Position numbers and translations under genes: made by a program
Assembly: GCA_047285305.1 (NCBI GenBank)
Contig: JBJBDL010000003.1
Location: 1,792,001-1,856,000, forward strand
DNA length: 64,000 nt
Direction: 5' to 3'
From: Synechococcus sp.
GTDB taxonomy: Bacteria; Cyanobacteriota; Cyanobacteriia; PCC-6307; Cyanobiaceae
Shown: positions 1 through 9,551 of the stretch, one piece after another
Numbering within the stretch: the first letter of the stretch is position 1
Layout: each line of letters starts with the position of its first letter
The notes under the pieces: generated by a model
Databases searched by the model: none
Told to the model about the DNA's origin: nothing
The model's input: the letters and a program-made list of their open reading frames with translations, nothing else

Positions 1-95
1 GTCTTGGCTCCCTTAGCCGCCAACTGACTGGCGGTGACCAAACCACCAATGCCAGAACCGATCACAACGGCATCCCACTGCTGGTTCTCGCTCAT
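1..95 (-). CDS. crtH: carotenoid isomerase, N-terminal part (runs off window)
   Basis: Own translation MSENQQWDAVVIGSGIGGLVTASQLAAKGAK has an FAD-binding GxGxxG motif typical of CrtH; only 31 codons are visible. Confidence 0.7.
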   Translation of the reverse strand, partial: MSENQQWDAVVIGSGIGGLVTASQLAAKGAK

Positions 96-118
96 GGCAT
101 CGCTTCTTTGAGGTGACG

Positions 119-1084
119 CTAAGGGGCCGTCTGCGGCCTTTGATCCTGGCGGTGAATCGGCGGCATCACTGTGAGTATCACCTCAGAGCGCACCGGACGT
201 CCGAGTTCGGCACTGCAGCGGGCATCGATGTGATGGCGCAACCCATCAATCACCCGACTTTCCTGGGGCTGCAGTGGATTGATATAGACCACGACAAAGG
301 CCGTGCGACCCAGCTGCTGCACCGTGAAATCCATCATCTGCAGCTGCAGCCCAACCAGCTCCTGCATCAACACCATGCGCGTGCGATGGAGCACATCCGG
401 GTCGGCGGCACAGCCCGCGGCCTGGGCCATGGCATCCTGCAGCGCCGCCAGCGGTTCGCGCAGCAAGGCCAGGCTCACCGCCAGCACCAGCAGGGCATCG
501 GTGATTGGTGCAAGGGCAGACAAGGGCGTTGCCAAGAGCAGCGGCGACGCCAGTAGGGCCAGACCAGTGGCCAGGGTGATCACCGCATCGATCCCCGCAT
601 TGCGGGCCTCTGTGAGCAGCAGCAGCGACACCCGACCCGTGCGGCGCCAATCGCGGCGGTGCCGCCAGGCCAGCAGTCCGCAAAGCGCCGTCATCAAAGC
701 GGTGTAGAGCGCCACCGGCTCCAGATGCAGCGGAGCAATGCTGTTCCCCCGCCACCAATCAATCAAGGTGGAACAGGAGCTACCGACGCCAAAGCCGATC
801 ACCCCGAGCAGCACCAAGGAGCGAAACAGCACATACAGGGCTTCCTGGCCTTCATAGCCGTAGGGCCAGGCTCGATCCGGTGGCCGCACCACGTTGCGGC
901 TGATGCAACTGGCAATCAAGGACGACCCCACCAACACGGCGGAATAAAGGCCGTCCAACAGCAGGGCCAAGGATCCGGTGAGCAAATGGGCTAAAAACCC
1001 AGCCAGGGCCATCACTGCGTTGGCTCCAACCCCGAAGCGCAGGGAGCGCTGTTCGATCCGGCGAGCCTTCGCAGGGTTTGTCAT
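119..1084 (-). CDS. cation diffusion facilitator (CDF) family transporter
   Basis: [12 protein letters not shown] and PYGY motifs; about 6 TM segments. Confidence 0.85.
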   Translation of the reverse strand: MTNPAKARRIEQRSLRFGVGANAVMALAGFLAHLLTGSLALLLDGLYSAVLVGSSLIASCISRNVVRPPDRAWPYGYEGQEALYVLFRSLVLLGVIGFGVGSSCSTLIDWWRGNSIAPLHLEPVALYTALMTALCGLLAWRHRRDWRRTGRVSLLLLTEARNAGIDAVITLATGLALLASPLLLATPLSALAPITDALLVLAVSLALLREPLAALQDAMAQAAGCAADPDVLHRTRMVLMQELVGLQLQMMDFTVQQLGRTAFVVVYINPLQPQESRVIDGLRHHIDARCSAELGRPVRSEVILTVMPPIHRQDQRPQTAP

Positions 1085-2451
1085 GCCGCCACGGTCTGGG
1101 GTTGGAGAGCCCGCATCGGCTCGAGATCCTGCAGGGCACGATCCCGGTAGGCGCCATAGCGCGCTCGCTTATCGCGAATGCGTTCCGGCAGCTCCGGCAA
1201 CAGACCAAAATTGGGCGGCATCGGCTGGAACTTGGCCGTTGGTGCCTCGCTAACGAAATGGGTGAGGGCTCCACTCATGCAGGTGGCCGGCAGATCAATG
1301 GGCTCCAGGCCCAGGGCCAGCCGGGCCGCATTGGTGCCGGCCAACCAGCCACCGGCTACGGCGGCGGCATAGCCCTCGGTGCCTGTGATCTGGCCTGCTG
1401 CCAGGAGGTTGGGGCGCTGGCGGAACTGCAGGGTGGGCTGCAGAAGCTGCGGCGACTCCAGGAAGGTGTTTCGGTGCATCACCCCAAAGCGCACGAATTC
1501 CGCCTGGCCCAGCCCGGGAATCATCTGCAGAACTCGCTTCTGCTCACCCCATTTGAGGTTCGTCTGGAAACCCACCAGGTTCCAGAGGCGCCCGTCCTTG
1601 TCTTCCTGCCGCAGCTGCACCACCGCGTAGGCGCGCTTGGCCCGGCGCACATCGCGATCGTTCACATCGCCCCAACGGGGATCCCAGAGCCCGATCGGCT
1701 TCAGGGGGCCATAACGCATGGTGTCTTCACCACGACGCGCCAACTCCTCAATCGGCAGGCAACCCTCAAAGAAGGTGGCATCGTTTTTGTCGAAGTCTTT
1801 GAGTTCTGACTGTTCCGCCTCCAGCAGGGCCTGGCGGAACGCCAGATACTGCTCACTGTCCATCGGACAGTTGATGTAGTCCGCATCCCCCTTGTCGTAG
1901 CGGCTGGCGCGGAAGGCCACCGACAGATCGATGCTGTCCCCATGCACGATCGGACTGGCCGCATCAAAGAAGTGGCAGTCGGCACGGCCCGTGAACTGGC
2001 GCAGATCCTCCGCCAACGGTTCACTCGTTAGAGGCCCCGTCGCCAGAACGGTGATCGCATTCTGCGGCGGTAGGGCCTGCTGCTCGCGCCGTTCAATCGT
2101 GACCAGAGGATGCTGGTCGAGAGCCTCGGTGAGGGCAGAGCTGTAGCGACCGCGATCAACGGCCAAGGCTCCGCCGGCCGGCACAGCGTGGGTGTCGGCC
2201 GTGCCGATCACCAAAGAGCCAAGCCTGCGCAGCTCCTCCTGCAATAAGCCAGCAGCACGGTCGCTGCTCAGAGCGCCAAAGCTGTTGCTACACACCAATT
2301 CAGCGAAGTCACTGCTGTGGTGTGCAGGGGAGCGTCGAATCGGACGCATCTCAACCAGTGTGACCGCAACCCCTGCACGGGCGACCTGCCAAGCAGCCTC
2401 AGTGCCGGCAAGACCGGCACCAAGAACGGTGACATGGGGAGATTGAGACAA
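1081..2451 (-). CDS. trmFO: methylenetetrahydrofolate--tRNA-(uracil-5-)-methyltransferase
   Basis: [39 protein letters not shown] motifs. Confidence 0.97.
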   Translation of the reverse strand: MSQSPHVTVLGAGLAGTEAAWQVARAGVAVTLVEMRPIRRSPAHHSSDFAELVCSNSFGALSSDRAAGLLQEELRRLGSLVIGTADTHAVPAGGALAVDRGRYSSALTEALDQHPLVTIERREQQALPPQNAITVLATGPLTSEPLAEDLRQFTGRADCHFFDAASPIVHGDSIDLSVAFRASRYDKGDADYINCPMDSEQYLAFRQALLEAEQSELKDFDKNDATFFEGCLPIEELARRGEDTMRYGPLKPIGLWDPRWGDVNDRDVRRAKRAYAVVQLRQEDKDGRLWNLVGFQTNLKWGEQKRVLQMIPGLGQAEFVRFGVMHRNTFLESPQLLQPTLQFRQRPNLLAAGQITGTEGYAAAVAGGWLAGTNAARLALGLEPIDLPATCMSGALTHFVSEAPTAKFQPMPPNFGLLPELPERIRDKRARYGAYRDRALQDLEPMRALQPQTVAA

Positions 2452-2498
2452 CCGGCTGCATCAAGCAGCCTTCAGCCTACGAAGCTCGCTTGCCTGGA

Positions 2499-2711
2499 TC
2501 AGGCGCGGCTGCGCTTGAGCATCAGCTGCAGCTGGCCCACAGCCGCACGGCCGATATTGAAAGCAGCCCAGCTGACGGCGGCCAGGATCGGGGCAACCAC
2601 AAGGAACAGGCGGGCATCGATACCCAGAACCTGGCCCGTGGTGATCACGCTGAAGGCCGAGTAACCGACGATCACCAGGATGAGGACCAGACCGATGGCA
2701 ACTCGGACCAT
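2499..2711 (-). CDS. psbY: photosystem II protein PsbY with N-terminal extension
   Basis: C-terminal DARLFLVVAPILAAVSWAAFNIGRAAVGQLQ resembles PsbY. Confidence 0.8.
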   Translation of the reverse strand: MVRVAIGLVLILVIVGYSAFSVITTGQVLGIDARLFLVVAPILAAVSWAAFNIGRAAVGQLQLMLKRSRA

Positions 2712-2814
2712 TCTTGAAAACGGAAATCTGTGTGGCAGATCTTACGGACATCTCCGTTGATCCCACGACCTTCCTTGAAAGCTGATCGAATTCGCAGCAA
2801 TCAGAGGAATGCGT

Positions 2815-3327
2815 TCAAGGCCTGATCTGGGCGTGGGATGCCGCCAATTGCGCGTAGCGCCGGGCGTGGCAACGCTGTTCATCAATCGCCTCAGGCGACA
2901 ACTCCCGCTTCACCGCCGCTGGCATGCCCATCACCAGGGTTCCGGGAGGCACATCCCTGGTGACAACAGATCCAGCAGCCACCAGGGCGCCTGCACCGAC
3001 GGTGACGCCATTGAGAACGATTGCACCAATTCCCACCAGGCATCCATCCTCGAGCGTGGCGCCATGGATGACAGCCCTGTGCCCCACGGTGACGTCGGCA
3101 CCGAGGCGAACCGGCTGTCCCGGATCGCCATGGAGCACGGCACCGTCTTGAACATTGCTGCCTGCTCCGATGCTGATCTGCTCGAGATCACCGCGCGCAA
3201 CGGCCGTGGGCCAGAGGCTGCTGCCCGCTGCCATCTGCACATTGCCAATCACGACGGCGGATTCAGCAACCCAGGCGTTGGCATCGATCAGGGGATTGGG
3301 CCAGGGCTTGGAGCCAGTCATGGCCAT
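2815..3327 (-). CDS. gamma carbonic anhydrase family protein
   Basis: Hexapeptide repeats; [21 protein letters not shown] motifs. Confidence 0.92.
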   Translation of the reverse strand: MAMTGSKPWPNPLIDANAWVAESAVVIGNVQMAAGSSLWPTAVARGDLEQISIGAGSNVQDGAVLHGDPGQPVRLGADVTVGHRAVIHGATLEDGCLVGIGAIVLNGVTVGAGALVAAGSVVTRDVPPGTLVMGMPAAVKRELSPEAIDEQRCHARRYAQLAASHAQIRP

Positions 3328-3406
3328 GGTTCAGCAGCCACCAGTCTCCCCGGCGACCTGAGTGATAACCTCATTTGGTGCCGAAATGGCATGCCCAAGC
3401 GGGCAC

Positions 3407-3478
3407 GGGTCGCTAGCTCAGCGGTAGAGCATCCGGCTTTTAACCGGCTGGTCCTGAGTTCGAATCTCAGGCGACCCA
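3407..3478 (+). tRNA. tRNA-Lys(TTT)
   Basis: Cloverleaf GGGTCGC...GCGACCCA, anticodon loop CTTTTAA, T-loop GTTCGAAT. Confidence 0.97.
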
Positions 3479-3490
3479 TATCTTCGATTG

Positions 3491-3664
3491 ATGTCGTCTC
3501 ATGACTCAACCGAGCCGACGACCGAGCGGCTGTTAGAAAACCCTGAATCTCTGATCAGGCCAACAGTTCAGATGGCGTATTTCGCATTTTTTGGCGTCAC
3601 GATTCTTCTGGCATTGCTGGGTGGTTTGTTTTCTCGAGTGGCTGCAGAGCGCTATTGGATGTGA
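3491..3664 (+). CDS. small membrane protein, 57 aa
   Basis: Own translation MSSHDSTEPTTERLLENPESLIRPTVQMAYFAFFGVTILLALLGGLFSRVAAERYWM; one TM helix; fills the gap between tRNA and next gene. Confidence 0.6.
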   Translation: MSSHDSTEPTTERLLENPESLIRPTVQMAYFAFFGVTILLALLGGLFSRVAAERYWM

Positions 3665-3688
3665 TCGGCGGCAGACGCTTCAGCGAAC

Positions 3689-4840
3689 GTGGGTGAGGTT
3701 GATCTCGCCGTTATCGGTGCAGGACTGGCTGGCTGCAGCCTGATTGGCCGGCTCCAGCAGCTGGGATCTGATCTCAACATCGCTGTGATTGAGGCCGGCC
3801 GGGGTGCAGGTGGACGCACGGCCACCCGCAGGAGACGCGACCAAGATGGCTGGCTGCTCAACCATGGAGCACCGGGCTTAGCCCTCAGTGAATCCATGCC
3901 GGGGGAAATGAACGCGCTGCTGGAGCCGTTGCGGGCAGCGAATGTTCTTCAGCGGGACGAGCGAGCTGTGCTATGGCTTGACGCCCATGCAGGTTTATCA
4001 CCCGCCAACAGCCCCGACGCCTGGCCAAATGGTGGCTGGTGGCATGGTGTTCCCAGCATGGCCAGCATCTGCGAGGCGCTGCTCGATAGTGCTGGCTCTG
4101 CGCAACTGAGCCGCCAGTTCGAAACGCGTGTGCGCTGGTTGGAGCGACGCCGGGACCATTGGCTGCTGAAGGACGAGAATCGAACCTGGAGCCTCAGGGC
4201 CAAGCGCCTTGTGCTCAGTGGAACCCTGCTGGCCCATCCCCGCTCACTGAAGATGCTGGCCTGGGATGACGTTCCCCTGCGCACAGCCGTTGCAGAAGGC
4301 GTGGATGACGACCTCGACCGGGCACTGCGCCTGCTGCAAGACAGCCAAGCCGAGGTGCGCTGGAACCTGATGGTGGATCTGGGTGTGCTCGCGCTCAACG
4401 CTGAGGAGATGCCTGCTCAGATCTGGTTGAACGACGCCGCCAAGGAGCGCTGGAAGGTGGAACGCCTCGTGCTGCAGCAGCAAAGGGATGGTCGCTGGGG
4501 GCTTGTGGTGCATGGCTTGGATTCCGAGCAAGCAATCACGCCTGAAAGCCAGGGGCACCTGCTGGCTCAGGAGCAACAGCGTCTGTTGGAGCTGTTGCCC
4601 GACCTGCTGCAAGCCCTACCTGTTGTTTCAGCTGCGTTGAACCAGGCGACGCCGTTAGGTGTGATGCGCTGGGGCGCCTCACGGCCCCTCAACAACCCCT
4701 TGCCACAAGAGCTGCAGTGGTGCCCCACCAGCGCCGTGGGGTTCTGTGGCGACTGGATCGCAGGGCCTGGCTTCGGCAGAGCGGAGGGAGCGATCAGCAG
4801 CGGCGTCAACCTCGCTGAACAGCTGCACGCTGACCGCTAA
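3689..4840 (+). CDS. NAD(P)/FAD-dependent oxidoreductase (renalase-like)
   Basis: GAGLAG, GGRTATRR, NHGAP, C-terminal GFCGDW...EGAISSG. Confidence 0.88.
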   Translation: MGEVDLAVIGAGLAGCSLIGRLQQLGSDLNIAVIEAGRGAGGRTATRRRRDQDGWLLNHGAPGLALSESMPGEMNALLEPLRAANVLQRDERAVLWLDAHAGLSPANSPDAWPNGGWWHGVPSMASICEALLDSAGSAQLSRQFETRVRWLERRRDHWLLKDENRTWSLRAKRLVLSGTLLAHPRSLKMLAWDDVPLRTAVAEGVDDDLDRALRLLQDSQAEVRWNLMVDLGVLALNAEEMPAQIWLNDAAKERWKVERLVLQQQRDGRWGLVVHGLDSEQAITPESQGHLLAQEQQRLLELLPDLLQALPVVSAALNQATPLGVMRWGASRPLNNPLPQELQWCPTSAVGFCGDWIAGPGFGRAEGAISSGVNLAEQLHADR

Positions 4841-4853
4841 TCTCTGTATGCGC

Positions 4854-4927
4854 CGGGGAGTGGCGCAGTTTGGTAGCGCGCTTGCTTTGGGAGCAAGATG
4901 CCGCAGGTTCGAATCCTGTCTCCCCGA
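4854..4927 (+). tRNA. tRNA-Pro(TGG)
   Basis: Cloverleaf CGGGGAG...CTCCCCGA, anticodon loop TTTGGGA, GTTCGAAT. Confidence 0.97.
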
Positions 4928-4959
4928 TGCGATCAGAAACCAGTCCCCAGCTGGTGTTT

Positions 4960-4987
4960 AAACCGTTCCGCAAGGGGCGGTTTTTTT
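4960..4987 (+). terminator. intrinsic terminator after tRNA-Pro
   Basis: AACCGTTCC-GCAA-GGGGCGGTT hairpin plus T-run. Confidence 0.85.
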
Positions 4988-5036
4988 ATTGCTCTCCCTC
5001 CACAAGCAAGCTGCTTGAAGGGGCTTCTCACTCCGC

Positions 5037-5150
5037 GGTGGCGCCAGAAATCCCAAGGTCCCCAGCCTCTTCCAGGTCGCAGACATGGACATCGGCGTTA
5101 TCAACTGGATCAACGTTGACCTGGTCACCCAGATCGCTACAAGGGTCTGA
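5037..5150 (+). pseudogene. DUF3104-like C-terminal remnant
   Basis: Own translation GGARNPKVPSLFQVADMDIGVINWINVDLVTQIATRV* resembles the DUF3104 C-terminus; N-terminal half absent. Confidence 0.7.
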
Positions 5151-5269
5151 ATTGAAATTCCGCCTGTTAAGCCATCCAAGGATTTGTAAAAAGCCGAAAA
5201 CCTTGTCCCAATTCGCCTAGTCGGAAATCATTTTGTTGCCTATCTGTTGGATTAGCAGAGATCAAGAAC

Positions 5270-5446
5270 ATGAAAGGAACCAAGACCAGACTCACCACCG
5301 CTCCAGAGGGTTTCGAGTACTACAGGGTGTGCGACCAAGAAGGTGTCTGCCAAATCGTCAGAGGCATGTGGGCAGCACAGCACCTCACAGAAGACATACG
5401 TGAGCTGAGCGCGACCAAGACAAAGTATTCAGATGATTGGGTTTAG
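5270..5446 (+). CDS. hypothetical microprotein, 58 aa, VCD-x4-C motif
   Basis: MKGTKTRLTTAPEGFEYYRVCDQEGVCQIVRGMWAAQHLTEDIRELSATKTKYSDDWV. Confidence 0.55.
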   Translation: MKGTKTRLTTAPEGFEYYRVCDQEGVCQIVRGMWAAQHLTEDIRELSATKTKYSDDWV

Positions 5447-5672
5447 GGCTCTGGATTCCACCCGTTTGTCCCCATAGAAGGGCGTTGGCACACGCCAAAA
5501 AAGAAGAAATTGAACAAGTCGAAAGAGCACTGGCAGCTCTGACGACTACCGAGGCAAGGCCCTGAACTGGTCGACAGGGCTTGCATCTTCGTGATGAAGA
5601 GATCCCTGGTGCCGTGACTCTCCAGAGTTTTTTCTTGCTCATGCCAGCAATGAAACCCGCGCCGTTGGTGGC

Positions 5673-5783
5673 TCAGATGATCTCTTTACGGCCAGCATTG
5701 ATCTTGGCTTTGGCTGAAACAAGACCAAAAATCAGCAGGATCAGAAGGCCCGCGTTCACGCCAACGAAAAACATTGTGTTCAT
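5673..5783 (-). CDS. small membrane protein, 36 aa
   Basis: MNTMFFVGVNAGLLILLIFGLVSAKAKINAGRKEII; single TM plus basic tail. Confidence 0.55.
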   Translation of the reverse strand: MNTMFFVGVNAGLLILLIFGLVSAKAKINAGRKEII

Positions 5784-5907
5784 GACTTCAAGATGGCTTT
5801 GCGCGTAATAAGGGAAGAGAGCAAAACAGCCCATCGGTCAAAAGACTCATTCACCCCCGAAGAAAGATGAAGCATTGGACTGAACTTGGGAGATCTGACG
5901 AGAACAG

Positions 5908-6147
5908 CTAAAACTGCCATTCGCCATTGCCATCGCCATCAGCGCAGTTCTTCCCCTGCAGCTGTTGCAGACGCGCCAACAGCTCTGGATCACCCACAAT
6001 CTGCCGGCGGCATCCGTCTTCACCCATGTAAGTCAGATGCCCATCGGCATCGATGACCAGGGCGGTCATGGGGGTGACTGGAAACGTCTCGTCGATGGCG
6101 ATGCGCTCCTCGTTCAGTTCTACCCAGTCTGCGTCCTCTCAGCGCAC
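5908..6147 (-). pseudogene. hypothetical protein with early in-frame TGA (or 53-aa CDS from ATG 6069)
   Basis: GTG CGC TGA followed by open frame EDADWVELNEERIAIDETFPVTPMTALVIDADGHLTYMGEDG... Confidence 0.45.
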
Positions 6148-6243
6148 AAGCCCTAACCCATGACCTAACCAGACAGGGATGGCCTTCCGCCAGGGCAGCT
6201 TTCCTCTATGAAGGGTGCGATGGACTGGAACCTTTCCAAACTC

Positions 6244-6405
6244 GTGACTGATCAACAAGGCAAAGACAGGGCCTACTGGATTGATGAGATCGCCTTCCTG
6301 GAGGCACGCCTAAACGGCAGTCAGGGTGACATCGACAGCGAAGACCGAGCTGCTTGCGAGGAAGCCCTGAAAGCGGCGAAAGCGAACTTGGCAGCCTCTA
6401 GGTGA
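6244..6405 (+). CDS. small hypothetical protein
   Basis: KDRAYWIDEIAFLEARLNGSQGDIDSEDRAACEEAL; helical, protein-like; start could be 6208 or 6220. Confidence 0.7.
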   Translation: MTDQQGKDRAYWIDEIAFLEARLNGSQGDIDSEDRAACEEALKAAKANLAASR

Positions 6406-6448
6406 ACACGGGGCTGACGGAGGCCCAAGCCACAACTAGGGTTTGGAA

Positions 6449-6520
6449 GTGAGAGGGAGACCTCTTCGGGCGTGGTTGCTTGATTTGGTGGGTGGTTTCA
6501 CGACCTACTGCCTCTCTCAC
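6449..6520 (+). ncRNA. candidate rod-shaped sRNA
   Basis: GTGAGAGGG pairs with CTCTCTCAC, inner CGTGG/TCACG; G-U pairs favour the + strand; TAGGGT -10-like element at 6437-6442. Confidence 0.45.
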
Positions 6521-6529
6521 ACCTCTTGG

Positions 6530-6745
6530 TCAAGGCCGAACCAGGCCCCTTTCCTTGGCATAACTCTTGTAGTGATTAGGAAATTCATCGGCCAGCCGAG
6601 CAAGTACATCACTTGACGAGTCCATTTGCTCGTTAACTTCATCAAAAACCGAGGCAAAACAGCTCTCACACCTGATTTCAAGACAAAGCTCTTCCCAAGT
6701 CGTTCCTCGTTGATTGAAACTGGCCACGAGCTCTTTAAAGGTCAC
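6530..6745 (-). CDS. hypothetical protein with CxxC
   Basis: TFKELVASF...WEELCLEIRCESCFASVFDEV...; protein-like composition. Confidence 0.7.
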   Translation of the reverse strand: MTFKELVASFNQRGTTWEELCLEIRCESCFASVFDEVNEQMDSSSDVLARLADEFPNHYKSYAKERGLVRP

Positions 6746-6868
6746 GCGTAACAAACTGTTCTGTTTCGCAAAAGCTTAGAGGCAATGGCATTAACCAATT
6801 TGATTCCAAATGAAATCAGGATTGCCATGGCCTGATGGCTCAAGGCTTTGATGAGCCAATATTGAAGG

Positions 6869-6994
6869 ATGAAACGATTGCTGCAACTGCTTCGGCGATG
6901 GGCTGGCCAACGGGTGAAACCTCCGTTGCATACACCCGAAGAGTTGGAGTGCTTTAAAACAGATGCGATCGACAATCGCGGCAAGCATTACTGA
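6869..6994 (+). CDS. hypothetical microprotein, 41 aa
   Basis: MKRLLQLLRRWAGQRVKPPLHTPEELECFKTDAIDNRGKHY; stop overlaps next ATG (TGATG). Confidence 0.45.
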   Translation: MKRLLQLLRRWAGQRVKPPLHTPEELECFKTDAIDNRGKHY

Positions 6995-7173
6995 TGCAGG
7001 GGGCAACTGAACTTGCACTACTCGCCCTGGCGTTTGTCGGACTCCAGCTCTGGTGGCTCAGCAAGGTCTTTTTGAATCGACCCCGACAGCCAAGGCCGCT
7101 GGGCAAACCCATTAGGGCGAATTCGCTTCAAAACGAGCGAACTGCCCTACAAAAAATTTTTGATCAATCCTGA
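6994..7173 (+). CDS. small membrane protein, 59 aa
   Basis: MQGATELALLALAFVGLQLWWLSKVFLNRPRQPRPLGKPIRANSLQNERTALQKIFDQS. Confidence 0.65.
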   Translation: MQGATELALLALAFVGLQLWWLSKVFLNRPRQPRPLGKPIRANSLQNERTALQKIFDQS

Positions 7174-7263
7174 TCACCGCCAACCCTTGGGATCGAACTA
7201 GGGACAAACACCGATGCCTGATGCAATCTGAACAATCAGCGTGGTGCATCAGAAACAACAGCC

Positions 7264-7410
7264 ATGGCACTGATTTGTTGTGCGCACTGTGGTCACATGC
7301 ACTCGAGCCTGAGGGGGGACTGCCCCCGGTGCCATAAGCAAAGGCGTCTATGGACTCCCCAGGCATTGTCAGAGCGGATCAAGCCAACGCCGATCAACAC
7401 CAAGGAGTAA
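7264..7410 (+). CDS. zinc-ribbon microprotein, 48 aa
   Basis: MALICCAHCGHMHSSLRGDCPRCHKQRR...: CxxC-x10-CPxC pattern. Confidence 0.6.
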   Translation: MALICCAHCGHMHSSLRGDCPRCHKQRRLWTPQALSERIKPTPINTKE

Positions 7411-7669
7411 CCATCATGGCCTTTGAAGCCCCCCCAGCAGAGGGACGTCAGTGCATCAGCTGCGGTGACATCAAACCTCTTAATTTCTATGGTTGAGATC
7501 AACAGGAGTGCCGGAACTGTGAATCAAGATGACGCCAACAGGCAATCAAACAAAACGCCAATAATTCAGTCGAGGAGGCCTGAATCAAACCGAGCCTCAA
7601 TAAGCATATACACCAATGTTCAATTGATATCCATGGGCTATCACATGGGTAGCTTTGCAAAGAGGTGTC

Positions 7670-7858
7670 ATGGGCAAGGTTCTTTCAGCAGCAAAGTGGT
7701 CGTTCGAACTACTTGGCCAACGCATCACTGCACTTCGTCTTAAAAAGAGCTTTTCAGAATCAAGGATTTACAGCGACCTTGCTTATGACGAATCACAGAT
7801 GAAAGAGGCCGATTTTGGAAAGCGCGAGCAGAAATCGCATCTCGAATACGATTGCTGA
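7670..7858 (+). CDS. hypothetical protein
   Basis: ATG preceded by GAGGTG; 62 aa. Confidence 0.45.
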   Translation: MGKVLSAAKWSFELLGQRITALRLKKSFSESRIYSDLAYDESQMKEADFGKREQKSHLEYDC

Positions 7859-8003
7859 AGCCACAAGCTGATTCATCAGAACCAAAGACAGCGGATTAAC
7901 AGGCATCTAACCAAGGAATTCAATGGCGAACTGACCAGCCTGAGAGGAAGGTTGGCAATTTGAGTCCAAGTCCCCTAAAACGCTGTTCAGCATCGTTGTT
8001 GTG

Positions 8004-8180
8004 ATGGCCTTGATTCCCCGCTGGCAGTACATGACTGACAGCAGCCAAGCCATGGTGAAGCGATCTGCGATCACACTTGTGGTCGTCCTGATTGGATTAA
8101 CACTGCTGCGCGCAATCTTTCCCTGGATCCTGCTTGGCCTTGCCCTCTATGGTGCCTGGTGCCTGTTGAACCGAAAATAA
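8004..8180 (+). CDS. small two-TM membrane protein, 58 aa
   Basis: MALIPRWQYMTDSSQAMVKRSAITLVVVLIGLTLLRAIFPWILLGLALYGAWCLLNRK. Confidence 0.7.
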   Translation: MALIPRWQYMTDSSQAMVKRSAITLVVVLIGLTLLRAIFPWILLGLALYGAWCLLNRK

Positions 8181-8183
8181 CCG

Positions 8184-8330
8184 ATGAGCGAAGACTCAAC
8201 TCAAACTCGTCAAACGCTGTATCTCTGGGCCCTTGGCCTCAACGTTGTGGCTTGGGGCGGGTACCTCGTTCTAACCAAAGTGATGGGAATCGATTTTGAA
8301 TCGATTCGGCAAGCCAGATTGGCTGGTTAA
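8184..8330 (+). CDS. small membrane protein, 48 aa
   Basis: MSEDSTQTRQTLYLWALGLNVVAWGGYLVLTKVMGIDFESIRQARLAG; starts 3 bp after previous stop. Confidence 0.6.
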   Translation: MSEDSTQTRQTLYLWALGLNVVAWGGYLVLTKVMGIDFESIRQARLAG

Positions 8331-8800
8331 CACTGATTTCCTTGAACAAGGGCGCTGTCCTGAAAAACGGCGCTAAGCGATAGAAAACAATTCGCGCAGT
8401 AAAGCAACGCAAGGCATATGCGTGCAGATGTACAGCTGACCTGATCCAGCCACAGCGGACTTGATCCACGGGGCACCAAAGGTATAAATCGTTCGGTGCA
8501 GACAAAAAACCGCTCCATCCCTGGAGCGGCTTAATAGCCAAGGCAATCCCCATCACCCGGCGATCTGCACCAATCTTTGATGCAATGAAAAAATAATACT
8601 CACCAAACACCAGGTGTAGTGGACGTCAACACTCACTTAAGACTCTGGTGAACATGCGTGAAGAGGCCAAACCATACAACAGCAGCAGTGCATCTGCTAA
8701 CAGGGAGCCTGCTTTTGGGAGACACTAAATCTGGAGCAGGAGGTCCAAACCACTCGGAATTGCGATGCTTCATGCTGAAGACATTCTTAAAGGAGAAGCC

Positions 8801-8968
8801 ATGATTTCTGGCCCATCCTGCCCATTGCGGTTGGGAGTTCTCGACTGTCCCGACTATTGGACTGACGACGCACTCATGTCTGCAGTTCGTTCATTGAATC
8901 CAGAGGAACTTCACCACCTGGCCGTTGGATCTCAACAACGAAGGAAACAACAACGCGGTCCTCGCTAA
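8801..8968 (+). CDS. hypothetical microprotein
   Basis: AGGAG RBS before ATG; MISGPSCPLRLGVLDCPDYWTDDALMSAVRSL... Confidence 0.55.
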   Translation: MISGPSCPLRLGVLDCPDYWTDDALMSAVRSLNPEELHHLAVGSQQRRKQQRGPR

Positions 8969-8978
8969 ACCCATAAAT

Positions 8979-9209
8979 TCAATTCCGGCGGCTGAACGCA
9001 ACCAGGAGTTGATGAAGCGGCGCGAACAGCTTGTCGACCCAGGTGCCTGAGCGTCGACCAGCAGGCCGCTGCAACGCCGAGGCATGCAACATCGGCCCGT
9101 TGGAGCCATACCCCTCAAAGGCAATCAAGGCGTCTTGGGCTCCCTGCAGCTCCTGGTCGATTCGACGGGAGGAGAAGCGGCTGTGGGCTCGGCTTCGCGA
9201 CGTTGACAT
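8979..9209 (-). CDS. hypothetical protein
   Basis: MSTSRSRAHSRFSSRRIDQELQGAQDALIAFEGYG...; divergent from hli. Confidence 0.5.
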   Translation of the reverse strand: MSTSRSRAHSRFSSRRIDQELQGAQDALIAFEGYGSNGPMLHASALQRPAGRRSGTWVDKLFAPLHQLLVAFSRRN

Positions 9210-9303
9210 GGCTGGAGCGAATGCATCTACATCTGTTCTGGCTACGGACCGAGCTGCTTGACAGCCGTTGGTGACGCTTCTTAGGGAGCCGAAGCGCAAC
9301 CCA

Positions 9304-9321
9304 TTTACAAATCGTTACGTG
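9304..9321 (+). promoter_or_regulatory. HLR1-like (RpaB) direct repeat upstream of hli
   Basis: TTTACAAA-TC-GTTACGTG versus consensus (G/T)TTACA(T/A)(T/A)-N2 repeat. Confidence 0.55.
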
Positions 9322-9353
9322 GGCCTTAGCATTTCGTAACTGCTCAACAAGCG

Positions 9354-9551
9354 ATGGCTTCTTCGACTCCTAACGACGACTGGTTCCAAAGCGCTGCAGC
9401 AGCTCAAATTCGCAGCGAGCGTTTCGAGCGGGCAGAGCTCCTCAATGGCCGCGCTGCCATGATCGGTTTTGTGGTGGGCGTGCTTACGGAAGCCCTAACG
9501 GGGCACGGGATCGTCAGCCAGATCACCTTTGGCGTGTTCGGCTGCAACTGA
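9354..9551 (+). CDS. hli: high light inducible protein (HLIP)
   Basis: AELLNGRAAMIGF chlorophyll-binding motif. Confidence 0.93.
   Translation: MASSTPNDDWFQSAAAAQIRSERFERAELLNGRAAMIGFVVGVLTEALTGHGIVSQITFGVFGCN

Noticed and set aside
5560..5660. Possible degraded CP12-like C-terminal motif on the minus strand
   Set aside because: Needs two frameshifts and a substitution; too weak.
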